Below, piece by piece: positions 26,901-39,530 of a stretch of DNA of 64,000 nucleotides (its first letter is position 1; each line of letters begins with the position of its first letter). Under the pieces are notes generated by a model, which saw only the letters and a program-made list of their open reading frames with translations, was not told where the DNA came from and did no database searches. Where the stretch lies: the NCBI GenBank assembly GCA_002189035.1, contig NEEC01000009.1, positions 2,356,001 through 2,420,000 on the forward strand. The letters run 5' to 3'. A program made the translations under genes and the position numbers. The stretch comes from Utricularia gibba. Lineage: Eukaryota > Plantae > Magnoliophyta.

Positions 26901-27335
26901 TCTCAGTACATTTCACTTGCCATAAGAAGTCTGAAGAGAGTGAAAAATGCCTACCCCTATCCGTTGCCTATGGTCTCACTACTACTGGCACAAGCAGAAG
27001 GTAGCCTGGGATCAAAGGCCAAGTGGGGAGCATGCTCGAGGACGAATGGCGCTCTTGGCCTTCAGGTTCAAACAATGAATCTTCCAAATTGGATGTAGTT
27101 TGTAGTCATTCATCTTTGTTGAAACCCGGATGGTTGCAATGAATGATGAGATGATAACAGTTACCATCGTGGATGTTTCAGGAACAAGACCTGCGGAAGT
27201 CATGTTTCAAATGCACCTCCTTGCAAGACAGAAGATGGGCAACATCCCCCCAGCAGCAACAACTCCTGGATTCTGAGAGCAATACATATGAACCCCTCTT
27301 GTTCCAGGTACTGGAAGTGTTTGCTGGAGATGTAA
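20931..27335 (+). CDS. SKI3: Tetratricopeptide repeat protein SKI3 (SKI complex), multi-exon; apparent -1 frameshifts at 27025-27028 and 27246-27251
   Basis: Exons encode [104 protein letters not shown] and [17 protein letters not shown]; the first coding exon is ATG only (20931-20933). Confidence 0.95.
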
Positions 27336-27416
27336 GTGGATTTATTGCATTCAGTAAGCATGTGAATTGTTAACACTAGTTCTCAGTGAAGTGAATATGC
27401 AGTATCAAGAAAAAGT

Positions 27417-27740
27417 TTAAACATCATGAGTTCTGTACAACCTAGCAGCACATCTGTGCATCAACTCTGGGCTTGATCTGAACATGAGCAAGCAGAACTC
27501 CATCTGATCGATCACACCATCCCCGTTTTGATCTCCATCCTTCATCATCCCTACCAGCTCCTGGTCGCTTAGATCACCCACACCCAGAACAGCTGAATTC
27601 CTCTTCAAACTCTCAAATGTGATCACCCCTTTTTCCCTATCCATCAGCAGCCTGAACCCTTTACAGAGCTCTCTGATCAGCCCTTCCATTCCATGTTTGT
27701 CGGCAATCACAGGAAGCATGTCATGGAAGACAACCCCCAT
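27417..27740 (-). CDS. Calcium-binding EF-hand protein, KIC/PBP1 family
   Basis: ELCKGFRLLMDREKGVITFESLKRNSAVLG and EF-hand DQNGDGVIDQMEFCLLMFRSSPELM; intronless. Confidence 0.92.
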   Translation of the reverse strand: MGVVFHDMLPVIADKHGMEGLIRELCKGFRLLMDREKGVITFESLKRNSAVLGVGDLSDQELVGMMKDGDQNGDGVIDQMEFCLLMFRSSPELMHRCAARLYRTHDV

Positions 27741-28805
27741 TGAAGAACAGTATCCGTGTTTGTTGAAGGGAAGGGAACACACTTCAGCAAATTTATAGAG
27801 AAGAAGCATCAGCTTCTGAGAAACCTGCTGCAGCTTGACGTGTTCTCAAAGAAGGGGAAATTAAGATAGTTGAAATGGTTAAGGAACTGATAAGGTTCTC
27901 CATTGGTCCATGGGAAGGTTGCAGGAAGGTGTTTCAGAAGTTTCCATAGCCCATGCCGTGACTTCTGGTTCAAGTTTTCAAACCGGGTTCAAAACCGGTC
28001 CGACTTACTCCCGATTCCATTCATGACCCTAAGTTACACGATAATAAATTATATTTTTTAGATTTTTTAATAAATTACAATAAATTTAAATAAAGCATTA
28101 AATATCAACATATAATATTAATTTTTTAATTTTTATTTTATGTGAAGGAAAATATTTGAGAATTAAAAAATGCCGTACGTATTATGTAATCAGAGCATGG
28201 CGTCGAACACATCTGGCACTCAACGATAAAGAAGCTATTGGATTTTGAGTGGATAAAATGAAGAAACCTGGAAGGATTAGATGGCGGCGGCGGCGGCTGC
28301 AAATGTCGTTGTCATGGTGATCCGCATCAGGCGACCATTTCCAACCACTGCATTATTAGTTTGAACGAAAGTTCAGTTAAAGCGTTACCCGAAGTCGCGC
28401 GTCTTATTTACCTTTTATGGGGCGTTGATATTTTCAAGGATCTGATTTTTTTGGGTTGAGGGGAGTAATTGTCTTCAGATTCGGTAGGTTCTTTCCCAGA
28501 TCCTAGTATTTCGCTTACGTCTTTTTGGAAATTCTATTGCATCTGTGCTTGCTTTTGGTTGTTTTGGCTTGTATAAGACGACTCCTTTTGCCATATACTT
28601 GATCGATCGGTTTTTGTGGGCGAATCTTTCATTTGCTGATTGATTTTTTTTTTATGCGGTCCATTTTCCACGAGATCGAGATTAGACAGGGCTGTAGAGT
28701 AAAAAGTAACTTTCTTGAAATCTAGTTCTTTTACTGGGGAACTGCAACGTATTAAAAGCATGTACTTCTGGTGTTTGAATTGGGGTTGTTTGTTTGGATT
28801 CAGGA

Positions 28806-31800
28806 ATGGCAGGTTTGGATCTTGATAATGAGGAGTTCATCCAGAAGTTTCGAATCCCGGAGTATATACTTCAGCCGGACTCTGCGGTCGAGCGTTTGAC
28901 TTTTAAACCTGACTGCCCCGTTTTAGTGTTCATCAACTCCAGAAGTGGTGGGCAGCTTGGCGGAGAACTTTTCCTGACTTACAGATCCATTCTAAACGAG
29001 AAGCAGGTTACTACTCCATCGGGGATCGTCATCTCGGTTTCTCTGTTTTTTTTTCCTTTTTTTGAACTTGATTTTGTATGTTTTCAGGTCATTGATTTAG
29101 GAGAAGAATCTCCTGACAGCGTTCTAAGGAGAGTCTTTCTGACTCTTGAAATGTTGAAGAATAATGGAGATGAAGTTGCTCCTGAGATCGAGAGGAAGTT
29201 GAGAATAATTGTGAGTTATGGAAGCATGCCATGATATTTGAACCCCTATAATGAACCGTTCACTGGATTATCATGGCCTTTGATGTGTAGGTTGCAGGTG
29301 GCGATGGTACAGCGGGATGGCTTCTTGGAGTGGTTTCGGATCTTAAGCTCTCCCAGCCACCTCCAGTTGCGACCGTGCCTTTGGGAACTGGAAACAATCT
29401 GCCATTCGCATTTGGCTGGGTGAGGACTGCTTTCTTTTTCTTAACGTACTTGAGATCGGCTGTTGTGCTAGTTTCCAAATTGGAAGAAAAGCATGCAAGT
29501 TGCTGGGTCCTAAGCGTATAGCATGCCCTCAAATTCAAAGAAAAGCGTTTCATCTTCCACTGTTTGCTATTGCGTCCCTTTTCGTACAAGTTAGGCTCTT
29601 TTCATGCCTAATGTTCCCCTAATTTCAGGGAAAGAAAAATCCCGGTACTGATCGTCTATCAGTTCTCTCTTTCTTGGACCAAGTGATAAAAGCGAAGGAA
29701 ATGAAGATAGACAGGTACACATACTCCATCTTAGTGCACGGTCAGATACATCCTGTTTGCCACGACAGTCTTTCTTTCTCTTTTCCATCAAAGGGTAAAG
29801 TTTCTGAAATTAAAAGTTTTTTAATAATCATTCCGATTGTGCTTGAGAGTGACATGTGACGCTTGTGATTCAACCCCCAGTTTGCAGACTCCCAATTTTT
29901 TACTATTTTCGTATCATTCACTTTTGCCTCCAGAATGATATCTGAATAGGTATTAAGTCATCACTGTGTGTGTGTCCATCGTCGTTCAGAAAATTGTAAT
30001 TGCCACTTGACTACTACCCTTTGCTTTGTGAGCTTCATGATGTTATGGTTGTGTTCTGGTGCCAGATAAGATGAATCAAGTTTTTTTCTTTCTTTCTTCC
30101 AGTTGGCATATTCTTATGCGGATGAAATCTAAGGAAAAAGGTCACTGCGATCCGGTTGCTCCTCTCGAATTGCCACACTCGTTGCATAAATTTAGTCGAG
30201 TTTCCTCAACTGATGAACTCAATGTGGTAACACATATTATTTCACTGCTCTTGATGTCTCATCCTCTCATCTTCCAGCATATGAAACTATACTAGTTATT
30301 CTGCTTAAGGGCACCCACTCAGTTTGAGGTAGTGGGGAAGTTACAAACAGCTGCTTCTTCTCAAAGTTATGATGCCCTTCTTAAAATTCTCAGGAAGGTC
30401 ATGACACGTTTCGTGGAGGATTCTGGAATTACTTTAGTATGGGTATGTGTATTCCTAGTTCTAAAGAGGCAAACCTCCTGTCAAATTTCTCTTTAGTCAA
30501 GTCAATTCTTGAGATGCGCTGATGTTCTTGTGGTTTCTGTGTTTATGACGCCCTGGTTCCTCTGGATTTCAGGAATGGATGCTCAAGTTTCATATGCATT
30601 CCACACTGAGAGGAAGCTTCATCCAGAAAAATTCAAAAATCAGCTGGTTAATCAGGTGTGCTGAAGTTAGAGCTACTGATGCTTGTTACATGGGCATGCT
30701 TCTGATTCAGTGTAGTCCTGTTCTTGTGTTACTCGCCTAACACATAGCCTGGTGTATTTTTCGTTGTACCTGATATCTCTGCTCACCTCATTGCAGACTA
30801 CATATGCAAAGCTTGCCGGCTCACAAGGATGGTTTTTTGCTTCACTGTTTCATCGGTCTTCAACGTGAGCTCACACGATCTGTTCTTCCAACTCTGTTCT
30901 ATGTGCTTGCGTATTTATTTGGTCTCCTTTAACATTTTCCAGAAATATATCAAACCTCTGCAAAGTGTTTATCAAAAAGGGACATTATTGGCAAGAACTC
31001 CACATTCCACACAGGTAAATCACTTGTTTTCATTTGAAACAGAGGCAATGCAAGGTCCAGATTGATGAGCCTTATCCTTTGTTCTGAGAATCGTTATTTT
31101 ACTCGTTTGTCTAAAATATACAGCATCAGATCAATTGTGTGCCTGAATTTGCCAAGCTTTTCCGGTGGATTAAATCCCTGGGGAACTCCAAATAGCTGTA
31201 AGCGCCGTGATGTAAGTGATCTTAAAAAAACCCTGCATTCTTCACCATGTATCGTAAGAAAATGCCCGTGAATTCAATGATATTTACTTGGTTCTGCCCT
31301 GATGCAATCTCTGAAGAGGAACTTGACTCCGCCATTTGTGGATGACGGGCTGATTGAGGTTGTTGGTTTTAGAGATGCTTGGCATGGCATGGCTCTCCTT
31401 GCACCAAATGGACATGGAACTCGCATTGCACAGGTCCGTCCATCTTTTCTCTCTTCTCATCCTCAACCTGCACGATTCAATGGTGCAAATTCAATCACGA
31501 TGTGTTCACTGCAGGCGCATGGAATCAAGTTTAAATTCCATAAAGGAGCAGCAGATCACACTTTCATGAGAATCGATGGTGAACCATGGAAGCAGCCTCT
31601 CCCACCAGATGATGATGCTGTGGAGGTTGAAATCTCTCACCTGCACCAAGTCAAGATGCTGGCGACTCATGACTGTAGATCCAAAAGCTTCCTGGACCCA
31701 TCCTCTCCAATGTCTCACCATGCGGATGAGAAGGACAGTGACGATGAAGAAGCTGCTGGGGAAGAATGGAGAAAGTTTGGAGCAGCAGATACTTTCAGGA

Positions 31801-31835
31801 TTCCTGATGAAGTTGATATTAGCCATCTGAGCTGA
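28806..31835 (+). CDS. DGK5: Diacylglycerol kinase, DGK5/6 cluster, multi-exon
   Basis: [105 protein letters not shown]. Confidence 0.95.
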
Positions 31836-32341
31836 GCTGAGCTGAATGGCGGCCCTGTTGCCTGTTGGTGGTATATTCATTTGTGTGCCAGTTCCCCCGT
31901 GAACTGAAGTGAATCTGATTCCATGTTTGTTCCAGAAATACCAGTGTGATAAAATGGAGTGTATTAGGAGAAGCTGCTCTTGTAAGCGTGCCCTCTGGTA
32001 AGTTTATTTATGATTCTAGTTCAAAAAGAATTATGATACGTATTAAATTTATTATAAAAATAAAATAATTATTCAGTTTTTTTAATATTTTATAAAAAAA
32101 AATATTGAATTGATTTTAAAATACTAATGTGTAATAGGTGATCAGTATAATTAAGGTGGAAATTTTTAATCCAGTTTAATTTTTAAAATATAATATTATT
32201 TAAAATAAATATTTATCAAATTAAATTTCAATTTTAAGAGATGTTTTGGACATTAACATGCGATCCAGAAGACACGATCCGTTGTCTTAAGGGTGAGGTT
32301 TTTTTGAAAAATAAAAAATGAAAGAAAAAATAGTGAATGAA

Positions 32342-32352
32342 GATAAGCCACT
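32342..32352 (+). promoter_or_regulatory. I-box (GATAAG) with adjacent GCCAC upstream of TSP9
   Basis: GATAAGCCACT about 85 bp before the TSP9 ATG; this motif pair is typical of light-regulated photosynthesis genes. Confidence 0.4.
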
Positions 32353-32429
32353 TGTGGGAGAGCTAGTGGCAGGAACGGTGAGGTTTTCTATTTCTTCATC
32401 AGCTGAGCTGAAGGGAAGAAGGCGCAGCG

Positions 32430-32729
32430 ATGGCTTCTCTGAACATGTTCATCCCTCCGGTGGCTTCACCTCAGAAGAGGGCAGTAAGGACTTTTGCCAC
32501 GACGGCGAAGGCCTCCGGCGGAGGTAGCGGGGAGAAGAGTCTGTTGGACTTCATCCTTGGAGGACTTCAGAAGCAAGAGCAGATCTATGAAACTGATCCC
32601 ATTTTGAAGAAGGTGGAGGAGAAGAGCGGAGGCAGCACCACCGTCATCAGAAAGAACTCCGCGGCTGCGCCGCCCGCCCAGAAGAAAGATGGTGGCTTCG
32701 GCTTTGGTGGACTCTTTGCAAAGAAATGA
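32430..32729 (+). CDS. TSP9: Thylakoid soluble phosphoprotein TSP9
   Basis: Transit peptide then EKSLLDFILGGLQKQEQIYETDPILKKVEEK...GGFGFGGLFAKK*. Confidence 0.93.
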   Translation: MASLNMFIPPVASPQKRAVRTFATTAKASGGGSGEKSLLDFILGGLQKQEQIYETDPILKKVEEKSGGSTTVIRKNSAAAPPAQKKDGGFGFGGLFAKK

Positions 32730-33113
32730 ATCTGGGATGTCTTGTCTCGTTGAATTCGAGGTCTTGTTCATCAGTGTGGTTGTTGTATTCATCTGCTGAT
32801 CCAAAAAACTCAGGTTATTTGTCATTCTGCGGCGTTCTGCACATCAAACATGGTAAGGGTATTCAAAGTTGTTCAACGAAAAAACCGGATTAACAATTGA
32901 GTTAACAAACGCCAAAGATCTCTAACCATGGAGCCGATTTTGTGATCTTGGAAGTTGCAGAAAAATGCACGCTGAGATCACTAGTTTTGGCAGCTTCCGC
33001 TTTAAACAACCAGGTGCAAAGAAAAGGGAATGCTATGGTGCTTGCTTTGCATCCATTCTTTAAAACCTGTATTCTTTCTGGTTCTTTCTGCTCTTTGTAA
33101 GAAGAGGAGCACA

Positions 33114-35122
33114 TCAAAATGAGATGAGCTCTTCAAGGAGTTCATGAAACAGCACGTCTTCAAGGCTAAGCGCCACACATTCAGCGTCCATTTGGAGGTT
33201 CATCCACCGCCGATCATGTCTCTGATCATATGACAGAAGGCTGTTCATTGACTGCTTCTCTTCCGGTTTCATATCCAGCAGCCCACCAGCTCTTGCGCTG
33301 ACCTCCTCTATCATGCGCTTTCCGACCGGAAGCAGCCGGACGTCGCAGCTCGAGAACAGGGGACTGGGATAGTACGGGCACGAAATGTCGTATACATCCA
33401 CCAGCATCTCATTTACCAGATCAAACATCATATGATGGTGCCAATAGCCACAGAAGTCCGGCAGGTCATCTTCTTCGCCTTGTCCTCCCTGGCAGCAAAA
33501 AGCTTCGACTTCCTCTAATACTCGGGGCTTAGTGGCTGATCGGAAGAGTGCCATGATGTCGCTTGGGGGTCTGTTGCCAGCCCGATTGATTAAGAATCTG
33601 CCTGACATACTCCAAGTCAGAGACTTTCTGATGAATCTTGGCTGAATTCCCTGAATCTTCTCCTGCTCCACGTGCTTCAGAGTTGTTCAGGGTGTCAGCA
33701 GCAGCAGTCAGCTTCGTGGGTGAAGCCGGGGGACTGAAAGAGAATGAATCCAGTAAAACTTTAAGCTCTGCAGATAGAGCCTTGGCTTCATCCAAATTGG
33801 ATTTCAAGACCAACTCAGGAACTCCAAATTCATCGAACTGATCATCAGTCTTGTAGTCCATGATCGGATCTTTTCTTGTCACCCCAATCATAATATCATT
33901 TAGAATCTCGGGGTTTTCAGAATCCTTACTACTGAAAGGATCATCATCTGAAGGAACAGCAGTTAAGTTCTCCTCCTCCTTCTCCTCCCTGTCATTGCCA
34001 ACTGCTTCGTCTTCCTGAATGTTTTCCAAAGCTATACCACTCCCCTCACCTTGACAGGGATCCTCATCCATAATCTCACACCTGAAGTCAGCATTAGATA
34101 GTGAGCCTTTCTGCCCGTGAGCATCCTCATTAGCAAATTTCAAGCTCCTGGAAGCGTTCAGCTTCAAGTCCCCAAGAAAACTCATGTTCTCGAAGAGTCG
34201 GGTGTATTTTTCCATTGAATCATTCAGTGAAGAACATCTGCGATGAACTTCCTTTCCACTGTCATCTGCAGTACCTGTCTTTCCATCTCTGTCATTCTCA
34301 CAGGACTGCATTTTATTCGACCGGGAAGCTTTTGTTGTGTCCTTGGGAACCATCCAGACATCTCTCTGTTTGCTTTCAAGCGTGACAGGCTTAGCTTTTA
34401 CACCTACTGGCAATCTACCCACCGGGAATGATCTCGATTTGCTCAATGTTGATTTCGAACTGGATCTCAGTGCACTGCAGGAGAAACCAGCAAGAGCTTC
34501 ATCAGCACCCTGCAGATGCTTCCCAAGCAACTCCTTATCATCAACCTTGAATTTCTCAAGAACACAGAGGCCCCGGCTTATATCTGTGTTGGCTTCCAGC
34601 TTGTTAACACGATCATCCAAACTACTGTGGAAGAAACCGATGGGGTGTTTCCAGTGACCCCTCCACCTGAAACTGCTGCCCGCATCTTGTTTGCTTCTTC
34701 TGCCACTGCTCCCGTAAGATACCTCTTCAGAGATGAACGCCTTTATCCTTTCTCTGATAGACCGTTTCTTGGTTGCAGGGGAGGTTCTAGTGCTCTGAGA
34801 ACTCACATGGGATAGATTCTCGCTTTCATCAAGAAGTCCCTTCGTCTCAAGGTCATCAACGGGGTTCCACTTACCTAAAGATCACCAAAGCAAGGAGATA
34901 TTCAGAAAGTAAACTTACTTATCCTGTTACCTCCAAATTCGAAAGGGAAAGATGCTCACAAGGATCGCGAGTCTGGGTGCTGTGTTTGTGATGTTTGATC
35001 ATTTTCTTGATGTTCAACCGCCAATGGTGGTACCCCAGAGAATGAACAAGTCCCCAAGCGAAGCTTGACCGTTTGTTGCTTGAGTCATCGTCTAAACGCT
35101 TGGACCAGAAATGCTTTCCCAT
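33114..35122 (-). CDS. TON1-recruiting motif (TRM32-like) DUF3741/DUF4378 protein; intron 34959 to about 34876; two apparent -1 frameshifts (33565-33569, 33524-33527)
   Basis: MGKHFW..WGLVHSLGYHHWRLNIKKM, IKAFISEEV motif, DUF4378 YVRQILNQSG...WH...PLSP.VLEEVE...HMMFDLVNE...WMNLQMDAECVALSLEDVLFHELLEELI. Confidence 0.85.
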
Positions 35123-37120
35123 CAAAAAACTCCAGCAGCAGCTGCAAACAGCTCAAGCTAAGGCAGCAGGGGAAGGAAAAGGAGGAAGCGTTCACCTACA
35201 AATGGTTTTTTCTGCTTCCCTCTTGCACTTGATGTTACAAAGGAATCAACTTTCTGCTGTTCAATACAATCCCAGAAAATCATTAAGCTACGACTCCCAT
35301 GTCTGGAGAAATCAAGAACACATGAAGACTGAGACGAGAAGGGAGAATTGATCTTGATGAAAGCGATGATTTTCAGAAGAGAAGTATCGAACTCGGCCAA
35401 ATTGAAAGATTGATTTACTCCCCAAAGCCGGCAAGAAAAGGGTGTAGATTTCTTTCTACTCTCCGCCGTTGCTCTCCTTGGAAAGATGATCAAACTTAAC
35501 GGCAAATATGGAAAACCAGGCCGCCGGACAAAATCTGACTGGATTTATTGCGTCTGCTTAAGCAACAGCAATATATAAAATGAGAACGTTGGAGGCCGTT
35601 GATCTACAAACAAGACAACGACAATAAACAAATCACTACCCAAATACCCGTCAACTCTCAAAGCCAACAGCGACTTGATAAACATAAGTAGAGTAGCGAA
35701 ATCCTTCTGTTTTTTTCCAAAAGATGCACATGAATTCATACCTCCACAACAGTGAAAATATGATCTTTTTTGTCTAAACCAGTTCAGAAATTGGATTACC
35801 AACTTCCCACTAACTGAAGACATCATCGCTGTTGAAATCCCGCCAACAAAGCTTGACTTTTGATCACGATATTGCGAGGGCTGAGGGTCAAAAGCTTGAC
35901 TTTTGACGGCATACTTAGTCGTTGCTCTCCTACTTTTCAAACCGCGTCAACTTTCTTCATCACTTTACCAATTCAGAAGTCCTCATCGTGTAGGGCTACT
36001 TACCGTTGACGTCATCGTCTTCCTCACTATATCTATTTTTGGAGGTCCCAAGACTGTTCTGTTACCAGCTTAGGTCACAAAATGGCTATAAAGAGGGTTT
36101 TCTCATCCCCCGATCAGATGCATTTTTGGGCTGTTTGAGTTCTCGGGATGATGTAAAAAGATTATCAGCATTCGTCGCAAGGGCGCTCGGCAGACAAAAT
36201 CATATCTGTTTTCACTACGATCTTCGAAAATGAGATTGGGAACTTTTGGATTGAGGAAACGGAAGACACGATCTTCAAAGGCAAAATCTTGCTCCATTCC
36301 ATCCAGATTGTTTTCGGATTCGGGGTGTAGCACAGAGTATCATTCAAACTGGTTTACCGGCGTAATGTAGGGTTCCGACGGCCAATCGGCGGCATTCCAC
36401 CGTGATTCCCAGTAACCGTAGTCTTCCCCATCACTGGCCACGCCGATTCCGGTCACCTCCGTGAACATCTTCTACCCGTCTTTCTTCCTCCGCCTTGGTT
36501 TGTACACAGGACGCCCAGTTGAAACTACACACAGTACTCTGTCACGGATTGGACTTTGACGAGTATAGACATTACGGCTCTGACCTGTGAATTTTTCCGT
36601 CAGAAAGATGGGTATACATGCCATTTCAAGAACCCTCCACCCAAAAACAACGAGCAATATTGCATTCGGTGCAATGCCGAATCCACAGCCCTAGACGGCG
36701 GCGCATTCTTTGGCGCCCGTGAGTGCTCCGTCTTCGCAAGGCTGCTGAGTTGCTGTTCACCATTTACTCTCGGCTTTGAATTTCTTTCAATGGACTTGGT
36801 ATTCATTCAGACTTGAAGTTTCCATTCACAAGAAGCCAGATGCTCCGAGTCTCATTCATGGCGACGACAGAGAACCAAAATTTCTTCAAAAGAAAAAAAG
36901 AAAGATCTTACATTTGCACGAGGGACACGCAACTCCAAGTAAACCCCCCTCGCGTCTGGCATTGCGCATCGAGTGAGATGGCTGGTCGTCATGAAGGCTG
37001 GGATCGGAATTCTGTACAAGAACCTCACCCACCCAATCGGATTCGCTGCATTCGCTTGCGTCCCAAGCCATTATTCCCATATATACGGCTGGCGCCAGAC
37101 GCACTTCAGCAAGAACTGGG

Positions 37121-37267
37121 ATGGAGGCGAACAAGGATAGCTCCAGCTCCAGCTCCAACCCCAGCGGCAGCGAGGATCCACCCCAGAAGGCTAAGAAGCG
37201 CAACCACAGGAAGGAGAAGGATGAGTTTCTGCTGCAGCTAATCGTCTTCGGACCAATCTTGAAGTGA
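37121..37267 (+). CDS. Candidate orphan small ORF, 48 aa (MEANKDSSSSSSNPSGSEDPPQKAKKRNHRKEKDEFLLQLIVFGPILK)
   Basis: TATA-like ATATATAC at 37079-37086, gggATGG context, GC-rich coding-like composition; no family recognised. Confidence 0.35.
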   Translation: MEANKDSSSSSSNPSGSEDPPQKAKKRNHRKEKDEFLLQLIVFGPILK

Positions 37268-37683
37268 TCGGATCAGATGCATGCTGTGGTTTCCATCATG
37301 GTACCTGTTCTAGCGACAAGCTGCGCATTGCTCCCTCTCCAATCAATCAAGACCCACTTCGATTGCCACTCGCTTCTGCACAACAGAATCAAGTCAAAGC
37401 AGCACGAGAGCATCCATGGAGTTCTCCTGGTTTTGGTAATAAAAGCCCTTGTCACTCGTTCAAATTTTAATTTATTCGAAGTTTAATCGAATTTAATTTA
37501 ATTCCTTGAACGAAGGATTTATATTTCAAAGTAGTTCAATTTATAATTTAATTATGATTTTTTAAATAAAAATTTAAAATATTGATTTCAGTTGGTACAT
37601 TAAAAAAAAAAATCTATATTACCATTGAAAAAAACATTAAATATTATGAGTGTCGGAAACGTCTCCTTTTATACAGACAAGAG

Positions 37684-37821
37684 ATGGGCCGGAGTTATTG
37701 GGCTCCCGCAAATGAGCCTATAATATTAGAATTTCCAGCCCATGTCTTTCTACTGTGCTAGCTTGGCACTTGGGCCACCTTCATGTCTTAGCGCAGCTTA
37801 GCTGGCCCACACTAAATATAC
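37684..37821 (+). promoter_or_regulatory. Site II (TGGGCY/GGCCCA) cluster followed by a TATA-like element
   Basis: TGGGCC, TGGGCT, AGCCCA, TGGGCC and GGCCCA within about 125 bp, then TAAATATA near 37813. Confidence 0.45.
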
Positions 37822-39191
37822 AGCGGCAAGCAGCACTCTGGTGCTTCTTCTTCCGGTAGACACTGCTTCCTCCGATCTGAGCAGTTTTTCTTTTTCTTTT
37901 TCCCTGCCCACTTTGCACATCTGTAAAGGCTATGCAGCCCTTTCAGTCTGTGAAATGGCGGATCCTCGTGGGGTGAGAGAGATTCATCTCAGAGCAGGTG
38001 ATTTCTGTTGGTGGACTTGTGCTGTATCATGAATGCTTAGATCATTCATTGACTTGCTCATCCGTGCAATCTCAACCACTACGAATTCTCTAATCCGAGG
38101 ATGTGGCTGAAGCCTCAACACAGAAGCATGAGAAGGGAATTTCAAGAATAAAAGAAGCCACAAACAAGGAGCCAATGTGACTGTGGTGCATTTAATCCCG
38201 GTGGGGTCCGAGTTGCTGTTGTGCTTGTCGGATCACATGCTCCTGCCTTAAGCTTAGACCCCCATCAGCCAAACCCACAAAGACAGAGTAGTTCAACTGC
38301 CTGGTAAAACATGAAGAAAAGCATACTGTTTCCGATGCTTATTTGCAGCCGCAGCAGGAAGAGGATGGCCATGACTTTAGTTAACGCACGCTGGTGCTTT
38401 GTGCTCACCGCACCTCCATTACTCTTCTCTCTGTAGGCATACAACCAGTAAAAGAAACGCCTTCAGCTACATTCAGCAGTTCATATTCATCTTCTTTTCT
38501 AGCAACGCATAAGAGAAGGGAGGTAGAGTTCTGCATAGATATTGATCATCTTTATGTTGTGTAGCAACATAGAAAGGAATACACAAAAGAAAGGAGGGTA
38601 GAGTTTAACTGGAGCAGTGTAACCTGGTGCACAAGTGAAAGCGAGGGGACCTCTCTGTGTTGAGTATATTTTGCCAATCTACTATAGCTCTGGCTACTCC
38701 TGGCAGCAGATCCCTCTTTTTTTGCCTGGAAATCCCATCCAATTTTGGAAAATCAGACATGTAACTTTTTCAAAAGTGCAAAGGAGCCAGTTTCAACAAG
38801 CCTTCACCTTTGCTTTCAAACAAAGTCATGTTGCTACTCCTTTATATATTTATTGATCCATGTATTCATAAAAACTTACGCGTAGACAGATAAATACAAG
38901 ATTGGAGCAGGCAGGCTTTGGTGCTGTTGAACCCCAGGGGTAAATGAATGGAGATAGAGCGAAGAGCCACATCCACAGCATGGATTTTTTTCCTGAAAAT
39001 TTATAAAGTGAGGGCCAAGTGTCTGAGGATTTTACTGGGGGCATCGTCATGTGATCCTGCTGCAAAACTATCAACGCCACCCACCACTCTTCTTAAACCT
39101 CTATAAATCTCTTCCAACCATTGAAAAGAACACACCCCACATCCTATAAACAGAGAGCATCTATCGATTTCACGGGTAGTTGGAGAGGAAA

Positions 39192-39530
39192 ATGGACTAT
39201 TACATGGATGAAAAGTGGCAGGCGCGTAGGGAAGATAAGGGAAGTCATTCTAATTGCTCCAGCAATCCCTCTCTCTCAAGGAGCATGTCACAGTGGAGTT
39301 CCTCAACAAGAAATCTCTCAAACAAGAACTCCTCCAGTCTGACAAGGAGTTCTTCACAGAAATGTGTTTCCTCCAAGTCATCATCGCTTGTGAGAAATTC
39401 GTCTCAGAAGTGCACAGATTTCACCCGCAAGTGCAGCAGCTTAGCCAAGGAGCAAAAGGCCAAATTCTACATTGTCAAGAGATGCATTGGGATGCTTGTT
39501 AAGTGGAAGAAGAATGGGGAGGATTCTTGA
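39192..39530 (+). CDS. RTFL: DEVIL/ROTUNDIFOLIA-like (DVL/RTFL) peptide, long Ser-rich form (start 39192 or 39204)
   Basis: MDEKW N-terminus; RTF domain FTRKCSSLAKEQKAKFYIVKRCIGMLVKW; TATA box CTATAAAT at about 39100. Confidence 0.9.
   Translation: MDYYMDEKWQARREDKGSHSNCSSNPSLSRSMSQWSSSTRNLSNKNSSSLTRSSSQKCVSSKSSSLVRNSSQKCTDFTRKCSSLAKEQKAKFYIVKRCIGMLVKWKKNGEDS

Noticed and set aside
20931-27335. SKI3, and likewise the MYB, TRM, PUM, LPQEWTY-family and DDI1 genes, as pseudogenes
   Set aside because: All frameshifts are G/C homopolymer shortfalls with no nonsense substitutions, consistent with sequencing error
38395-38440. GTGCTCAC...CTCTTCTCTCTGT resembling a miR156 arm
   Set aside because: The match is interrupted and no complementary hairpin arm is visible
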